From Azolla caroliniana (Eukaryota; Plantae; Polypodiophyta), in NCBI GenBank assembly GCA_043228905.1, contig JBHGNT010000016.1:16306001-16370000 (forward strand): 64,000 nucleotides of DNA, given 5' to 3'. This document shows, one piece after another, positions 32,848-47,527 of this stretch; the first letter of the stretch is position 1, and each line of letters starts with the position of its first letter. The position numbers were made by a program, and so were the translations under genes. Below the pieces are notes generated by a model. That model saw only the letters and a list, made by a program, of their open reading frames with translations. It was not told the origin of the DNA and made no database searches.

Positions 32848-35400
32848 TGTGGTGACCGAAGTTACAGGTATGGAAATGTTGAAACGAGGGTGAAATCCAT
32901 AGCTTGCAAAGAAGGGGGAAACCTTAGTTGAAGCATGGAAATTCTGCCATTGCAAGGAAGTCTACCCAATCCTCTTGTTAGTAGCCCACGGTACACTGAA
33001 GGTATTGTTCGAGGATTTGGTTGACTCGTTCCGTTTGTCCATCAATTTGAGGATGGTATGTTGAGGACAAGTTTATAGAAGTCCTGAATGTTTGTAGAAG
33101 TCGTTGCCAAAAGTGGGAATTGAACTGAGAACCTCGATCAGAGGTGATATCCTTGGGTAAGGCGTGTAATTGAACAATATTTTTAAGAAAACAGTCAATT
33201 GTCTCTTCCCAGAAAATGGTTTTGGAACATGGGACAAAGTGAACCATCTTTGAAAATTGATTGACAATGACTAGCACCATGTCATGGCCACCAACCAAAG
33301 GGAGATCGGTGATAAAGTCCATGGATAGAGAGTCCCATGGTCGACTTGGAATGGGGAGAGGGTGGAGAAGACCGTATGGCCGATGGCGAGGCGTTTTGGA
33401 TGGAGCACATACATCATATGTCTTGATAAATTCCTTGACAAATTTCCAAGGTTGGGGCCACCAAAACCCTTGAGATAGAAATTCCAAGGTTTTCATGACC
33501 CCAAAGTGGCCGGCAAGAGGATCATCATGATAGTTTCTTCGTACCTATGTATGATATGATCCTTCGGGAACGTACAAGAGATGTGTTGAGAGTCGAACTC
33601 AACTTCCCATAGCAATAGGTTCTCACACTAGCTCATGGACATACCAGGCTAGTTTTGTAAATAGTAGAAACAACAATTGCCCTAACTTAGTTGGTATTTA
33701 AACCAACTCCTTGAAACTTAGTTACTGTTGGAAGTATTTTTGGTTAATGTAATATACAGTCGTTCATCTCTGTCTCAAGAGCTCTCTCTCTCTCTCTCTT
33801 TACCTCTCTCTGTTGCCTCACGTGCACATACACTCATAGTCCTTCCGCTGCATACAACCACTCTTGCCTCCTCATTTCTTTACAAGATGATTACGATATA
33901 GTAACCCATCCCGGTTTGTAAATTGGTTGAGATATGAACTTTTCATGTCCGGAGATGGGTCATTGATGCGGGCCATGATTTCTTTGGCAAATGGGTCTTA
34001 CGTGGTTGCCGTGGCGATCTCATTGAGCAAAGAATCATCATACAAATTGCAGGTGGCAAACATCTGAAGTTGATCGGACCGCAACAAACAATGGGATTGT
34101 TGTGAATATGCATAATCTCCTTGGCGCATTGCAACATCAGGTCGCTGAGAGAGGGCATCAGCTTTCCCATGTTCAACTCTTGGTCGAAACAAGATCTCGA
34201 AGTCGTAGTCAGAAAAGATGACCATCGGGCTTGCCTCTGATTTAATGTACAACTGGTGGTGAAGTAAATTGGATTTTTGTGGTCTGTCAGCACTTGGATA
34301 TGATGTTGGGCCCCAGCCAAATAGGGTCGCCATTCAGCGAATGCAGATATGATTGCTACAAGCTCCTTATCGTAGACCGGATAATTAATTTCCAGGGCAG
34401 TAAACCTTTCAGAGTAGAAGGCAACAGGATGTAGTGTGCCCTTGTCATCTAGTTAGGACATGACATCTGCAATGGCAAAGTCAGAGGCGTCGGTTTCAAT
34501 TTGGAAGGGCCTTGTGGGGTCAGGGTGGACCAACACTAGGGTTGTGAGAAAAATTTCCTTGAGGGCATCAAAAGCACTTTGTGTCGCAGAGGTCCAAAGA
34601 AATGGAGTATCTTTTCTAGTAAGGATGATTAGAGGTTGCATTAAAGAGGAAAAACCATTGATAAATTGCCGATAGAAATTTGCAAAACCAAGAAATGATT
34701 ATGCCTTTTTCAACCGAGTAGGGACAGGCCAATCGGTGATTGCCGCTACCTTGCGTGCATACATTGTGATCCCGAAGAGTAAAATCACATAGAGGCCTGA
34801 TCAAATTCACATTTCTCACTTTTGGCGTAAAGTCCATGTTCCCAAAGTGTGGACAGAACCAGTCGGACGTGTCAGGTGTGCTCTTGTATGTTGGAAAAAA
34901 AACTAAAATATCCTCAAGGTAGATCACCATGAAGTGATCGAGATACTCTCGAGATATATTGTTCATCATGTGTTGAAAGACCGTCGGGGCGTTGGTGAGA
35001 CCAAAAGGCAGCACCTTGTACTTAAATGTCCATAACGTGTTCGAAAGGCCATTTTCCACTTGTCTTCTGGCTTCATACACACTAGATTATAGGCTCCCCG
35101 AAGGTCGATTTTGGAGAAGATACAACTGGTTTGAAGTCGGTCAAGGAGTGTTGGAGTTAAAGGCAACGGATAACGATTACGTACCGTAATTTTGTTGAGA
35201 CCCCAATAATCCACACATAGGCATAATGAGCCATCCTTCTTCTTGAAAAATAAGATTGAGGCCCTAGCCGGTGATTTGGAGGGTTGAATGAAGGCCTTGT
35301 CAAGGTTTTCATCCATATATGTGCGAAGAGCCTCAAGTTCGGGTTCAAATAGCCCACAGATGGGCCCAAACGGTGGATATGTGCCATCATGGTGAGGCTC
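32848..35400 (-). pseudogene. Degenerate chromovirus-type Gypsy pol (RT-RH-INT)
   Basis: KIDLRGAYNL, IETDASDFA, TDHKN, RPWDSLSMDFITDLP, HPQIDGQTER. Many frameshifts. Confidence 0.9.
33584..33884 (+). mobile_element. Solo LTR, Copia-type, 301 bp
   Basis: TGTTGAGAG...TTTACA, TSD AGATG on both sides, start resembles the C1 LTR. Confidence 0.88.
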
Positions 35401-35454
35401 AACGGGCGGAGGGTTGTTGGTTGTGCTATTTTGAAGCTCTTGTAATGATTGACG

Positions 35455-35494
<40 letters not shown>

Positions 35495-35519
35495 TAGATA
35501 TATATAGACAGAGAGAGCA

Positions 35520-36385
35520 TCGAAAAGGAAACAAGTCAACATGTACAATGTCTTCGGTCGGATAGAGGAGAAGAATACTTCTCCAATGAGTTTTCGGCAT
35601 TTCTTCGGAAAGAAGGAATTCGGCGAGAGTTTTTGTGTCGACATACACTACAACAAAACCGAGTAGCCAAACACAAAAAATCGACATATCCTCAAAGTAG
35701 CACGGGCCATGATGAATGAAAAGTATATGTCAAAGTCATATTGGGCCGAGACAACAAATACTGCCGCCTACCTTATGAACCGTGCACAACATCTGGTGTG
35801 GATGAGGTTACCCCCCATGTTGAGAAGTTTAAATGGAAAAAAACTGAATTTATCCCACGTTAGGATACTTGGCTCACTTGCATATGTGCACATTCTTGAC
35901 GAAAAGATGCAAAGCCTAGATTCCAAGTCAAAGAAATGTATCCTCGTTGGATACTCACTAGAGCAAAAGGGGAACAAGTGTTATAACCCCTCTACTCGAT
36001 AGGTTTGTGTAAGCCGAGATGTAGTTTTCAACGAATTGGCATCATCGTACGAATTGTAGCTGAATTCTCCCAAACCATTTCCAGTCAACCCAGATTCAGC
36101 CAAACAAGAGATAAAGATGGACATGAACTCCGACTTTACCACATTTTCAAAGAAAGCTCGATCACGACCATGTTCAGTGGGCCACAAGAGCCCCCGAGCC
36201 ACTAGAGCATATCCCGAACAAGTTCGAAGATAGACAAAGCCAAGGCCAAAATGCCAAAGTATGATGATGATCAATTCGATAGCAACGAATCGACTCGCTC
36301 ATTTGACAGTGAGCTCGGTGGTTTTGATGTACGTCTTTTGAGGACACTTGGAGTGAAGAAAGCTATTGCCACGGAAAACGATGTG
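35520..36385 (+). pseudogene. Copia integrase fragment and INT-RT linker
   Basis: YWAETTNTAAYLMNR and KCILVGYSLEQKGNKCYNP. The linker resembles that in the C1 ORF. Confidence 0.85.
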
Positions 36386-36399
36386 ACTATGTTCATGGA

Positions 36400-36885
36400 G
36401 TTCTTGTTCTAGAACATTACGCCTATTTTCTTTTGTTTCTTCACCAAAGTTGTTACACAAGCTCATCTGAATGAACCACCTTACGTATGTCACTGCCTTC
36501 AAATGCATTACTTCCCAAGCTGCTACAACGATCTTGTCTGGCTTGCTTTTGCCGAACTGTACTAGTAGCCATAGATCCTTGCACACAAGCATGTCTCTTA
36601 CTGTGATCAAATCGGTAGAGTCAGCATGTCTCTGACTGTGATCAAATCGGTAGAGTCAATTTGACTCTACCGATTTGATCACAGTAAGAGACATGCTTGT
36701 GTGCAAGGATCTATGGCTACTAGTACAGTTCGGCAAAAGCAAGCCAGACAAGATCGTTGTAGCAGCTTGGGAAGTAATGCATTTGAAGGCAGTGACATAC
36801 GTAAGGTGGTTCATTCAGATGAGCTTGTGTAACAACTTTGGTGAAGAAACAAAAGAAAATAGGCGTAATGTTCTAGAACAAGAAC
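36400..36885. repeat. 224-bp inverted duplication (foldback) with a 35-bp tandem duplication at its centre
   Basis: 36400-36623 is the reverse complement of 36662-36885. The ORF track shows the same peptide on both strands. Confidence 0.93.
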
Positions 36886-37095
36886 GTCGTGAACAAAGTC
36901 TTAGTTTTCAAAAAAACTTTAGACACCAGTATCAAGACGACACCAGCATGGCGGAACATATGAATGCTTTCCAAGGACTGATAAATCAAACCAACTCTCT
37001 AGAAGTACCTCTTGCCAATAGGGTATTAGCATTATTGTTGTTGGGATCTCTTCCGGATAGCTAGGAGATGTTCGTTGTCACTTTGGGCAACTCAT
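36675..37095 (+). pseudogene. Tnt1-like Copia gag fragment
   Basis: DMLVCKDLW...SMAEHMNAFQGLINQ...LALLLLGSLPDS (UBN2-type gag). Confidence 0.8.
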
Positions 37096-37169
37096 GGATA
37101 TATAACTAAATGCTTAACGGTCCAATTTGACTCTATCGAATGAGCAAGTCCCATTTCAACTGAGCAAAG

Positions 37170-38035
37170 CCCATCCTACATAGCCTCTACATGATCTTCA
37201 TGTTCCAAGCCCGCGGGGCTTGCTTAAGTCCATAGATGGACTTCTTCAATCGGTATATTACCAATGTGTTTCATTCTCATAGAAATCCCAGAGGTTGTAA
37301 CTTGTTCCTAATGCTACAACCAGGAGTACATAGACGTCCGTCAACTTTGTGACCGGCGCAAACATGCATATCCCTTGCCCATCAATCGAGCCTTCTATCG
37401 GTTAATGGAGTTGTCGGCATTGTACTTGAACTTCTACACCCACCTACAATCGATCGGGTTACACCCTTAGAGGCATCAATCAGATCTCAAGTCTCATTCT
37501 GCGCCAATGTGCGCATCTCTTCCTCCATGGACTTTCGCCAATTGGCATCCTTCATGGCCTTTGCATAGCTCTCCGGCCCACGCATTTCCGCCACCTTTAC
37601 CATATACGTCTAATGATGCACCATATAGTCATTGTATCCGTACTGAATTACAGGATTCTTTTGACGGGTGGATCAACGCAACTTCTGGTTCACCGATTTA
37701 ATGGCCTTTTTGCCAAACTCCAACCTTGCTTCTTGAGGTTTGTCTTCACTCTTGGCCGTGTCAGAATCGCTCTGATCTGATGCACTGGCCTCTCAACCAT
37801 ACTATGGCATCTTCATTTTCCCCTTCTCTTTGCTCATAAACCGACTCCATGATTTCTAGCGCAAGAACTGCAAGGCCGAATCCCCACTACTCGTCGACTC
37901 TTCATCCAAATGGTCATACCGACTAAACCTCTCATTCAGCCCACTTAGCCGAAATGAGATCAGACTCTCTTCTAGAGCTCCAATATCTTATTCCTCCAGG
38001 GGCAAATCAGCCTCACTGTTTTCATCCGGATTCAT
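37170..38035 (-). pseudogene. Degenerate Copia linker/RT fragment related to C2
   Basis: Minus-strand LKKSIYGLKQAPRAWN motif, plus nucleotide similarity to about 11090-12030. Confidence 0.8.
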
Positions 38036-38039
38036 CTAA

Positions 38040-41000
38040 ACCTGATTATAACCACTAAAACCATCTAGGAAACTATAGACTTCATGGCCAGCTACCGCAT
38101 CCAATATACCATCCGTAAATGGCAATGGAAATGCATCCGTCATAGTAGCTGTATTCAGTTTTCAGTAATCGACACGTACCCGAATCTTGCCATTCTTTTT
38201 CGGAACTACTACGATTGGACTTTACCATGTTGACTTTTTCACCAGATGAATAAACCCTACTTTCAAAAGTTTATCTATTTCTTCTTTTACTTTAATAGCA
38301 TAATTAGGATTTAACCGGTACCTGCATTGGTAAACTGGCTTTGCGTCCTTATGTAGGTTGATTTGATGTTGACAAAAAGTTGGATCAAGTCCCTTCATAT
38401 CTTCAAAAGACCATGCAAAGACATCCTTGTATTGCTTTAATAATGACCTTAACCTCTGTTTGTCAGCCTCTATCATATCTTTAGCAATGAGCATCGTTTT
38501 CGACGCGTTGTCCTTATCTTCTTCTGCCAAATTTATTTCTTCCAATGTTGCAGCTTGAACTTGTTGGGACACCTTCATCTCTCTGTCGGTAGCTTCTTGC
38601 TGGAGTCGTATTTCCTTCATTGTCTACTCATCAATCGGCAATTCCTCCTGGGAATCCACATATGGTGTTAAGGCCTGTAAAATATCTACTTCGAACAAAG
38701 GAATGATTTTCAGATTATCATCAAAATACTGATTTTCTTCGACCTCATCTAATCCTTCCATCATATTGACGGATTCCGCGTGCATGGGCAAACATTGTTT
38801 GCTTGTCGTAACCTTGTTCTGTGTCGACACCCGAATTTTCATTTTACCTTTCCGAAATGTTAGTAGATTCTGATTCCAATTCTGCTTGATGTTAGCAGTC
38901 TTTAACCATGGCCGACCTAATAGTAAGGCATATGCCCCAGGAGCTTCCAAATGAAGTATTACTGTCGAAATTCGGAAACTATGACCACGTAATACTACGT
39001 CTAGTTGTCGGAGTAAGCCAATCGGTCTTACCGTACTGGTATCCGCCATTCGGAGCCAAAATGGGCAAGCTTCCCATTTAGTAATACCCAACCTATCACA
39101 TGTCGTCTTATTAATGGCATTCACTCCAAAGCCACCATCAACAATCACATTTTCGATTTCTTGGGCATGAATGATCACTTTAATCGATGGATTTTGCTCA
39201 TCCATGATCGAAGGACTGTTACTTGGCTAACTATAATGCACCGATACTTGTTCCGACCCTTTTTGGGCAATCAATGTCGGTAAACCTAGGAACTAATTTG
39301 AGTAATCCGGTCAGTGGTAATGATACTTGGCAATCTGCCAAGATCTTCCAAGTTTCCTCTTGTTCCGGTACAGTTATTGCTCATGGTAATTCGGTATTTT
39401 GTTTAAGTTCATTGTCTTGCAGCATCTGATTTATGTTACTTTGATTTGCTTCCTCGACCCATTCCTTGGTTGCTTTTCGGACTGCTTCCTGAATTTCCCA
39501 CTCAGATTGTTTACTTTTACTCCTATTGGTTACTTGTTGTATTTCGGGTATAACCATATTAACAGTCGGACCTTTACCTTTAGCTGGACACTGATTGGCA
39601 TAATGACCTGTTTGACGGCAAATATAGCAAGTAGGAACAAATGTTCCACTTCCCTCACCTTGCACAAATTGATTATTACTATTCCCTTCATTGTGCATAA
39701 ACTGATGACCATCATTTCCATTAGAATTTGGCGTTTGCTGAAATTGTCCTGATGCTTTCGGCTTGTAGAATTTCTTATTTTTATACCGATTCTTCTTAAA
39801 TTGTCCTCCATTTTGTTGTTGCTGATTCATATTCTATGCTGCCAAGAATTCTTGATTTTGTTGAAAATCTTGATTGTGCGCAAAATTATTTTGCTGAAAA
39901 GCTTGATTATTTTCCTTAAAAGCTTGATTTTGCTGCATATTATTTTGTTGAAAGGTCTGATTACTTTGTTGAAAAGCTTGATTCGGCTGAATATTATTTT
40001 GCTGAAATGGATGATTTTGTTGAAAAGCTTGATTCGGCTTAATATTATTTTGCTGAAACGCTTGATTTTGTTGAAAATTATTTTGTTGATTCTATGGAAA
40101 ACTATTATGTTGGTACCCATTATTGAACAAATTCTGATTATTTTGGTACCCGTTTTCCGCAAAAATTTGCCTTATCGGAGCCGTCGTTTTATTGAGCAAG
40201 TTATACTCACATTGCTCGACCGAATGAAGTTTAGAATGACGTATTGTACAGTGTGTTCGTAAACTACATTCAATCGCCGAATGCCCCATATTTAAACAAG
40301 TAGTGCACTGAACTGCTTGTCGAAATTGTAACTCCTCCATCATTGGCAATGTACAATTTAGTGTTGACATATCCATACTCCGTACATTGATCGATGGTCG
40401 GCCCATAGCGATTGCCTTATCAATCACTTGCTCAATATTCTGATTCCGGAAATCGAACACCTTCAGTGTTGTTCGTAATGGTCTCCGAATTGTTTCAAGG
40501 AATACATCCTTCAATTCGTTGTTCGGAATGGGCCTGGAAATTTGTAGTTGTAAATTCTGAAAACGGATCACAAATTGAGACACTGTTTCATGCTGCTCTT
40601 GATACAACGCATAAATTGCGCTATTAAATCTTTTTGAGGTATTTGACGATGAAATAACTACAGAAATTTGTTGGTCAATTGGTCGAAAGTTTCGAACCCA
40701 CAAAGACCATTCTGCGCAAACCAATTAGCGGAATAACAATCCAATGACAAAACGAACTCAACAATCTTAGACTTATCTTCGGCTGCCGCTGACAGTCTCT
40801 GAGCTCCATGGTTAATCTCCCATGTTGTCAAGAAATCCCTAACATGCGCTTTTGCATCAACTCCCTCACGGAACTTAGAATACGGATAAGGCATATCGTC
40901 CTCAACCCAGATATCGTAAAATGATACCTCTTCCGACTTATTTTCGTCTAAAGACTGATTATCAGTTAAATCAAGAAGTGCAGACCACCTTCTACTTGTT

Positions 41001-41627
41001 TCCGGTTGTAATTCTGGAGCCGACTCTTTCTCTAGTGCCTTCGTAACAGAACGTGTACGAGGACGTTTACAACCGACTAGTGTATCCGGGTCAGATGACA
41101 TCCATTCCTCTTGTTCTCTGCCAAGTGCATATGTAACTGGGCATGCCAAAATTATACTATGTTGTTCAGTCGACACTAGCTGTTTACCGACACATTACAA
41201 GACGAACATTCGTACCGAACGTTCTATCAAGAAGTTGTAGTTAGATGAATAGATACGAATGGGTTGTAAACTTATCGATGATATGAACACCGAGATCGTT
41301 ACATAGATATTATAGCTTAGATAGAAGGAAATAAATAATGAGCCAAGACGATTAGGATACAGATTCGTACACATATTCGTACACCAAGATTTCCTAACTA
41401 AACTTTCTATTACTAAATAAACGATAGATTTTACAATGCCTTCGGTTCCTTTTATAGGTAACCCGAAGGACTTTACTCATCAAGAAATCCTATTGTCTAT
41501 ACTTATCAAGAATTACAAAACTTCATAACTAACTATCTCCTATTCGGTTGTCTACTGAGTCATCGATCCGAACTGTCAATCCAACTCCGACTCCGACTCC
41601 GACGCATCCATACTTGTCTGGGTAACA
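38040..41627 (-). mobile_element. Element G2: 3'-truncated G1-family Gypsy (partial LTR, PBS, gag, PR, RT start)
   Basis: MPYPYSKFREG gag, VIVDGG protease, YKDVFAW RT, PBS at 41136-41148. Upstream region homologous to 3699-4109. Outer boundary approximate. Confidence 0.88.
39845..40090 (-). repeat. Q/N-rich coding minisatellite in G2 gag
   Basis: Repeated AATCAAGCTTTTCAGCAAAAT-like units on minus, encoding NQAFQQNN. Confidence 0.85.
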
Positions 41628-41635
41628 ATAGCAAT

Positions 41636-43567
41636 GCCTATGCAGAAGTAGTGAAAGACGCAAATTGGCGTGCTACGATGGAGGAAATATGGGCACTTGA
41701 TGCCAATGGCACATGGGACCTAGTTGACCTACCCCAAAAGTGTAAACCGATCAGTTGTAAGTGGGTATATAAGGTAAAGTGCAATGTTGACACTTCAGTC
41801 AACCGGTACAAAGCGAAGGGATACGCACAGACCCACAGAATCAACTACGACGAGACCTTCGCTCCGGTAGTGAAGATGATGACGGTTCGTGTGGTGCTAG
41901 CGGTTGCTGCAACAAGGAGATGGCATCTTTATCAGATGGATGTGAAGAATGTGTTTCTCCAAGGTGACTTGGGGGACCTTGAAGAATGTGTTTCTTCAAG
42001 CCGGATACTCTAGTACGTTAACAGCACTAAGGATAAGGGACTATTATACCAATGCGGTATAGCTGAAAAGCTAGAAAAATATACAGATGCCGATTGGGGT
42101 GGTGATGCATCGAATCACCGGTCCACCCCCATTTATATGTTTTCTCTTGATAGCGCAGCGGTTGTTGTGTGGAGCATCAAAAAGCAGCCAATAGTGGCTC
42201 TATTGAGCATTCAGGCTGAATATCGAGGCACTACTATTGCCACCTGTGAGCCATCTAGCTTCGACGGCAACTGCAAGATCTCCGAATCGAGGTACCAACC
42301 CCAACCCTGATCTATTGCGACAACGTAAGCAGCATACAACTAGCTAAGAACCCCGTATACCATGCTCGGACAAAGCACACACAAGTGTATTATCACTTTG
42401 TCCGTGAGTGGGTCATGAGCGGTGAAGTGAAAGTTTGGTACGTTCAAACGGATCGGCAAGTTGCCGACATCTTCCCCAAGCCACTAGGATTGGAAAGTTG
42501 CAACACTTTTCCAAGATGCTCGGCATTTAGCATCTCGACGTGCCGCAGTTGAGGGGGAGAACAGATACAGGTAATGGCGCTGGATAAGGAGCCAGAGAGG
42601 AAGGAAGAACCAAGCTAGGGGGAGATAAGAAGAAAAAGGAAGCCAAGTCGACTGAAAGAGTTGACACATCCGAACAAGTCAGAGGAAGCGGCGGCAGCGA
42701 TAGAGTCAAGAAGGGCAGAGCCGACGGAAAGAAGAAGGCCAAGACCCAAACATGGTCTGATGTTGTGAAGGGCTTGAAAACGGAAGATGAGTTGGAGACT
42801 ACCAACTCGGACAAGAGTTGGAACGAATCGAAGGCAAGCGATTCCGTTCAACAATTTGATTAAGAAGAACCAGAACAATTGAAGGCCAAACAGATGTGAT
42901 GGCAGCAGAAGTCGACACCGATATGAAGGAAACGACGGGTTGACAAACACCGGAGTCGTGACAGCGAGGAAGCTGAGATGGGCCTGTTAAGTAGACAAGC
43001 CGACCAAGGAGGTCGAGGAGCACAAAACTGAACAGGTCGCGAGAAACAGGAGCAAGGCGAGAGGATGCCATAAGGAGCCGGAGGAAAAGACCGGCTACCA
43101 CAATCACTGACACCATGATCCGACCTCAAGTTGAGCTTGAAGGGGAGTATTGAGCAAACAAGCTCAACTAGATCCGGATCGGTTGTACAAATCTTGAGCC
43201 GGATTGGTGTCCGAATGATATCCAGAACGAAGAGTCGAATGGGAGAGCCAGACTCAAGTGTTAACCGGAAGGCTATTAGGGGCCTACGCTTCTAGACTAC
43301 TAAGAAGTCATTGTCTTCGTAATTAGTGCCAACCGTATGAGCATTGAAGTACATACTTCTGTCAGTCCTTTTTTAAGGACTTGTATAAATAGTGATGTGG
43401 AAGCATGTTGTATGTACAAAGTGTTATTTTTTGAATATAGAGTTTATGTTCTACTCTCTCTATCTCTCCCGTGTACACTGTGTGTTCACGAGGTTCTATT
43501 TAACCTGCATCTGTGTTCTATTGCTATCGGGTTGAGCCGGTTTTTCATAAGCTTCCACACGTTAACA
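41636..43567 (+). mobile_element. Element C3: 5'-truncated Copia (partial RT, RNase H, 3' extension, PPT, 3' LTR 43148-43567)
   Basis: [38 protein letters not shown] at 43137-43147. LTR similar to the C2 LTR. Confidence 0.88.
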
Positions 43568-43619
43568 TTTACATATAGAAATCTATATGGATGAGGGTGA
43601 GGGTGAGGGTGAGGGAAAA

Positions 43620-44880
43620 TGAAGGAAAAATAAATCACGAAGTTTGAGTATAAGTAAAACTTATTTGATGGCTAATACACATTGATCCTTTGCATGGCAT
43701 GATTATGATATTCTATACATTACAATTTATGCTTCTCTTGTTAATTCTTTGTTTTGGGTTTGATCTATACTCTTAGGGTATAAAATAATACTACATCCTT
43801 GTGTGACCCTATCAATGGAAGATAATTTCAGTCTCTTCCATTAATAATTTCTTTTTTCTTAAATTTAAAAAATGATGTTTCATTTGTGGAAACTTTCAAA
43901 CTCCATTGTACAATGTTGTAGGTCACTTCTAACATTGTTGAAATGATTAAATATCATATTGATACAACTATCATGATAAAGCCACAAATGTCACAAACAT
44001 AAACATTTAATGGGGTATTGTGGCAAAGTTGGAGGTCTTGTCATAACTCATGGGCTCTCAAATGACAAAAAGGTCAAAAGTTCAAATTATTTTTTGTAAA
44101 GATGATATAAATGCCTCCTAACAAGAAAGCGAATAGTTGAGAATTTGGAATGATCAAAATCAATATCCATAAAAGATATGAAGAATGAAGATATATTATT
44201 TCAATTTGTTAGAATACATTGTTGTCTAGACTCCAAACTAAAGGTGCAAGTTCAAATCTCATTTAAGACCAAAAATATCATATGCATGCACGTCGAACCA
44301 AGTCCCCTCCATAGATATGAATACAAATACAAATTCAACTAATGGACAAGAAAGCTCCAAAGTCTTATAAAAGGTCTAAGCTAGTGTTTTTAGGTTCTTT
44401 TTTTTCCATTAGTGGGTGGTTTGAGTTTTTGCTTTCTTGGGAATCTTGGGGCTCAAGGATGGAGGAAATTTAGAGTTAGAAAGTTTACTTTGGACTTGTG
44501 AGTTTTTATAATTTATGAAGGTATGAGTTGTTAGAGAAGATTAATCCGATGAGATGTGATTGAAATACAAACACATGTCTCCTCCTAACTCACCCTTGAA
44601 CACTAGATTCATAGCTATGGGTCCCTACAACCACTCTTTATCTTTCTTGCGCAATAGGGACAATTTTCCTTTTGACATTATCAAATAGGAAACCGGTAAT
44701 TGTGTTCAATTTGGGATGTGGACCGACCAACTTTGAACCACTTTTAATGGCATGTGCGCAGAATGAGGATCATGTTCATGATTTTGAAATACAAATTGTG
44801 ACAAAAAAATTTACAAAGTTAGGATATCTACAAGCTCTATGTTTCTAGTGAAGAGACTCCAATCTAAAGCGAGGTAGAGT
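43620..44880 (+). repeat. Diverged direct repeat, copy 1 (upstream of AKR)
   Basis: Collinear matches to 47528-47600 and 48355-49412, for example GAAGTTTGAGTATAAGTA, GTTGAAATGATTAAAT and GACAAGAAAGCTCCAAA. Confidence 0.85.
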
Positions 44881-45477
44881 CAAGGGTAGGGTAGAGGCAA
44901 GGGAAGGCCATTTATCTCCAAGGGTAGGGTAGAAGCAATGGAAGGCCATTAAACCCTACGACATTTAATGCCTAAGTGAGACTTTATGTGATCCAAAATA
45001 CCTAATGAAAATCATATATACTCAATGGCACTATCTCCATTGTGTGCGTTCATGGAAGAGAAGTTACATTTTCACGAGTACTTCGCAATATATTTTTGTG
45101 CACATGAACATGGACAATATGAGAATTCATGTGCTATAATAACGATAAACTCATCTTGATTGCAACATAATGTCAACAAGAATGTGTAACATATATGTAG
45201 GTCAATATAACGTTCTTCATTTTCATTAAAATTCCATTCATTCCATCCAAGATGGAGAAATTTTGGTTTATGAAAACAGTTTTGAAGGTTCTCTCTAAAC
45301 TCTTAGAGAAACAAATTTGTGTTTCCTTGTGTTCCAAGTATTTGTGTTTGTCATTGTTTGACTGGCTAGTTGCATTTACTCGACAGGTGGCGATGGAATA
45401 TATAGTTGTGAGTTGGGATCGATTGTTCCAAACAAATACGAAGATTGGTAGAGTGATCGGTTACTGTAGCAGCAACT

Positions 45478-47149
<1,672 letters not shown>

Positions 47150-47258
47150 CTTGGGACAATGTTTCTTGCACATGGTTCATTTGTACATCTTCCGCAAATC
47201 ATTATGAGCCCATTGCATTGGAGCCCAGTTTACCTCAATAATGGTGAAATTTCTTCTA

Positions 47259-47422
47259 CGATTAGTTCATCACAAAGTTAAACGGAGGGCACAATAATAC
47301 AACACCACTGTGTTGGGTACATTGTAGACTAACCATAAGTTTCGATTAGCTCATCACAATGTTAACGGAGGGCACGATAATACAACACAACTGTGTTGGG
47401 TACTCTGTAGAGTAACTATAAC
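47259..47422. repeat. 84-bp tandem duplication in the AKR 3' region
   Basis: CGATTAG(T/C)TCATCACAA...TGTGTTGGGTAC starts at 47259 and 47343. Confidence 0.85.
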
Positions 47423-47527
47423 ATTTTAAATGTTTCTGTATTATGGATAGATATTTCAGTAATTTCTTAAAACTGTGTGTGGTTATTAGTTAAGTACTTT
47501 GCTCTATTTTCCTTCAGTTTAGTTTTC

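Noticed and set aside
3217-35400. The 3217 LTR and the 32848-35400 pol as one split element
   Set aside because: The LTR stub is close to family A while that integrase is much more distant, and no TSD links them.
39801-40262. Leu/Ile-rich plus-strand ORF resembling a membrane protein
   Set aside because: It is the antisense translation of the Q/N minisatellite in G2 gag.
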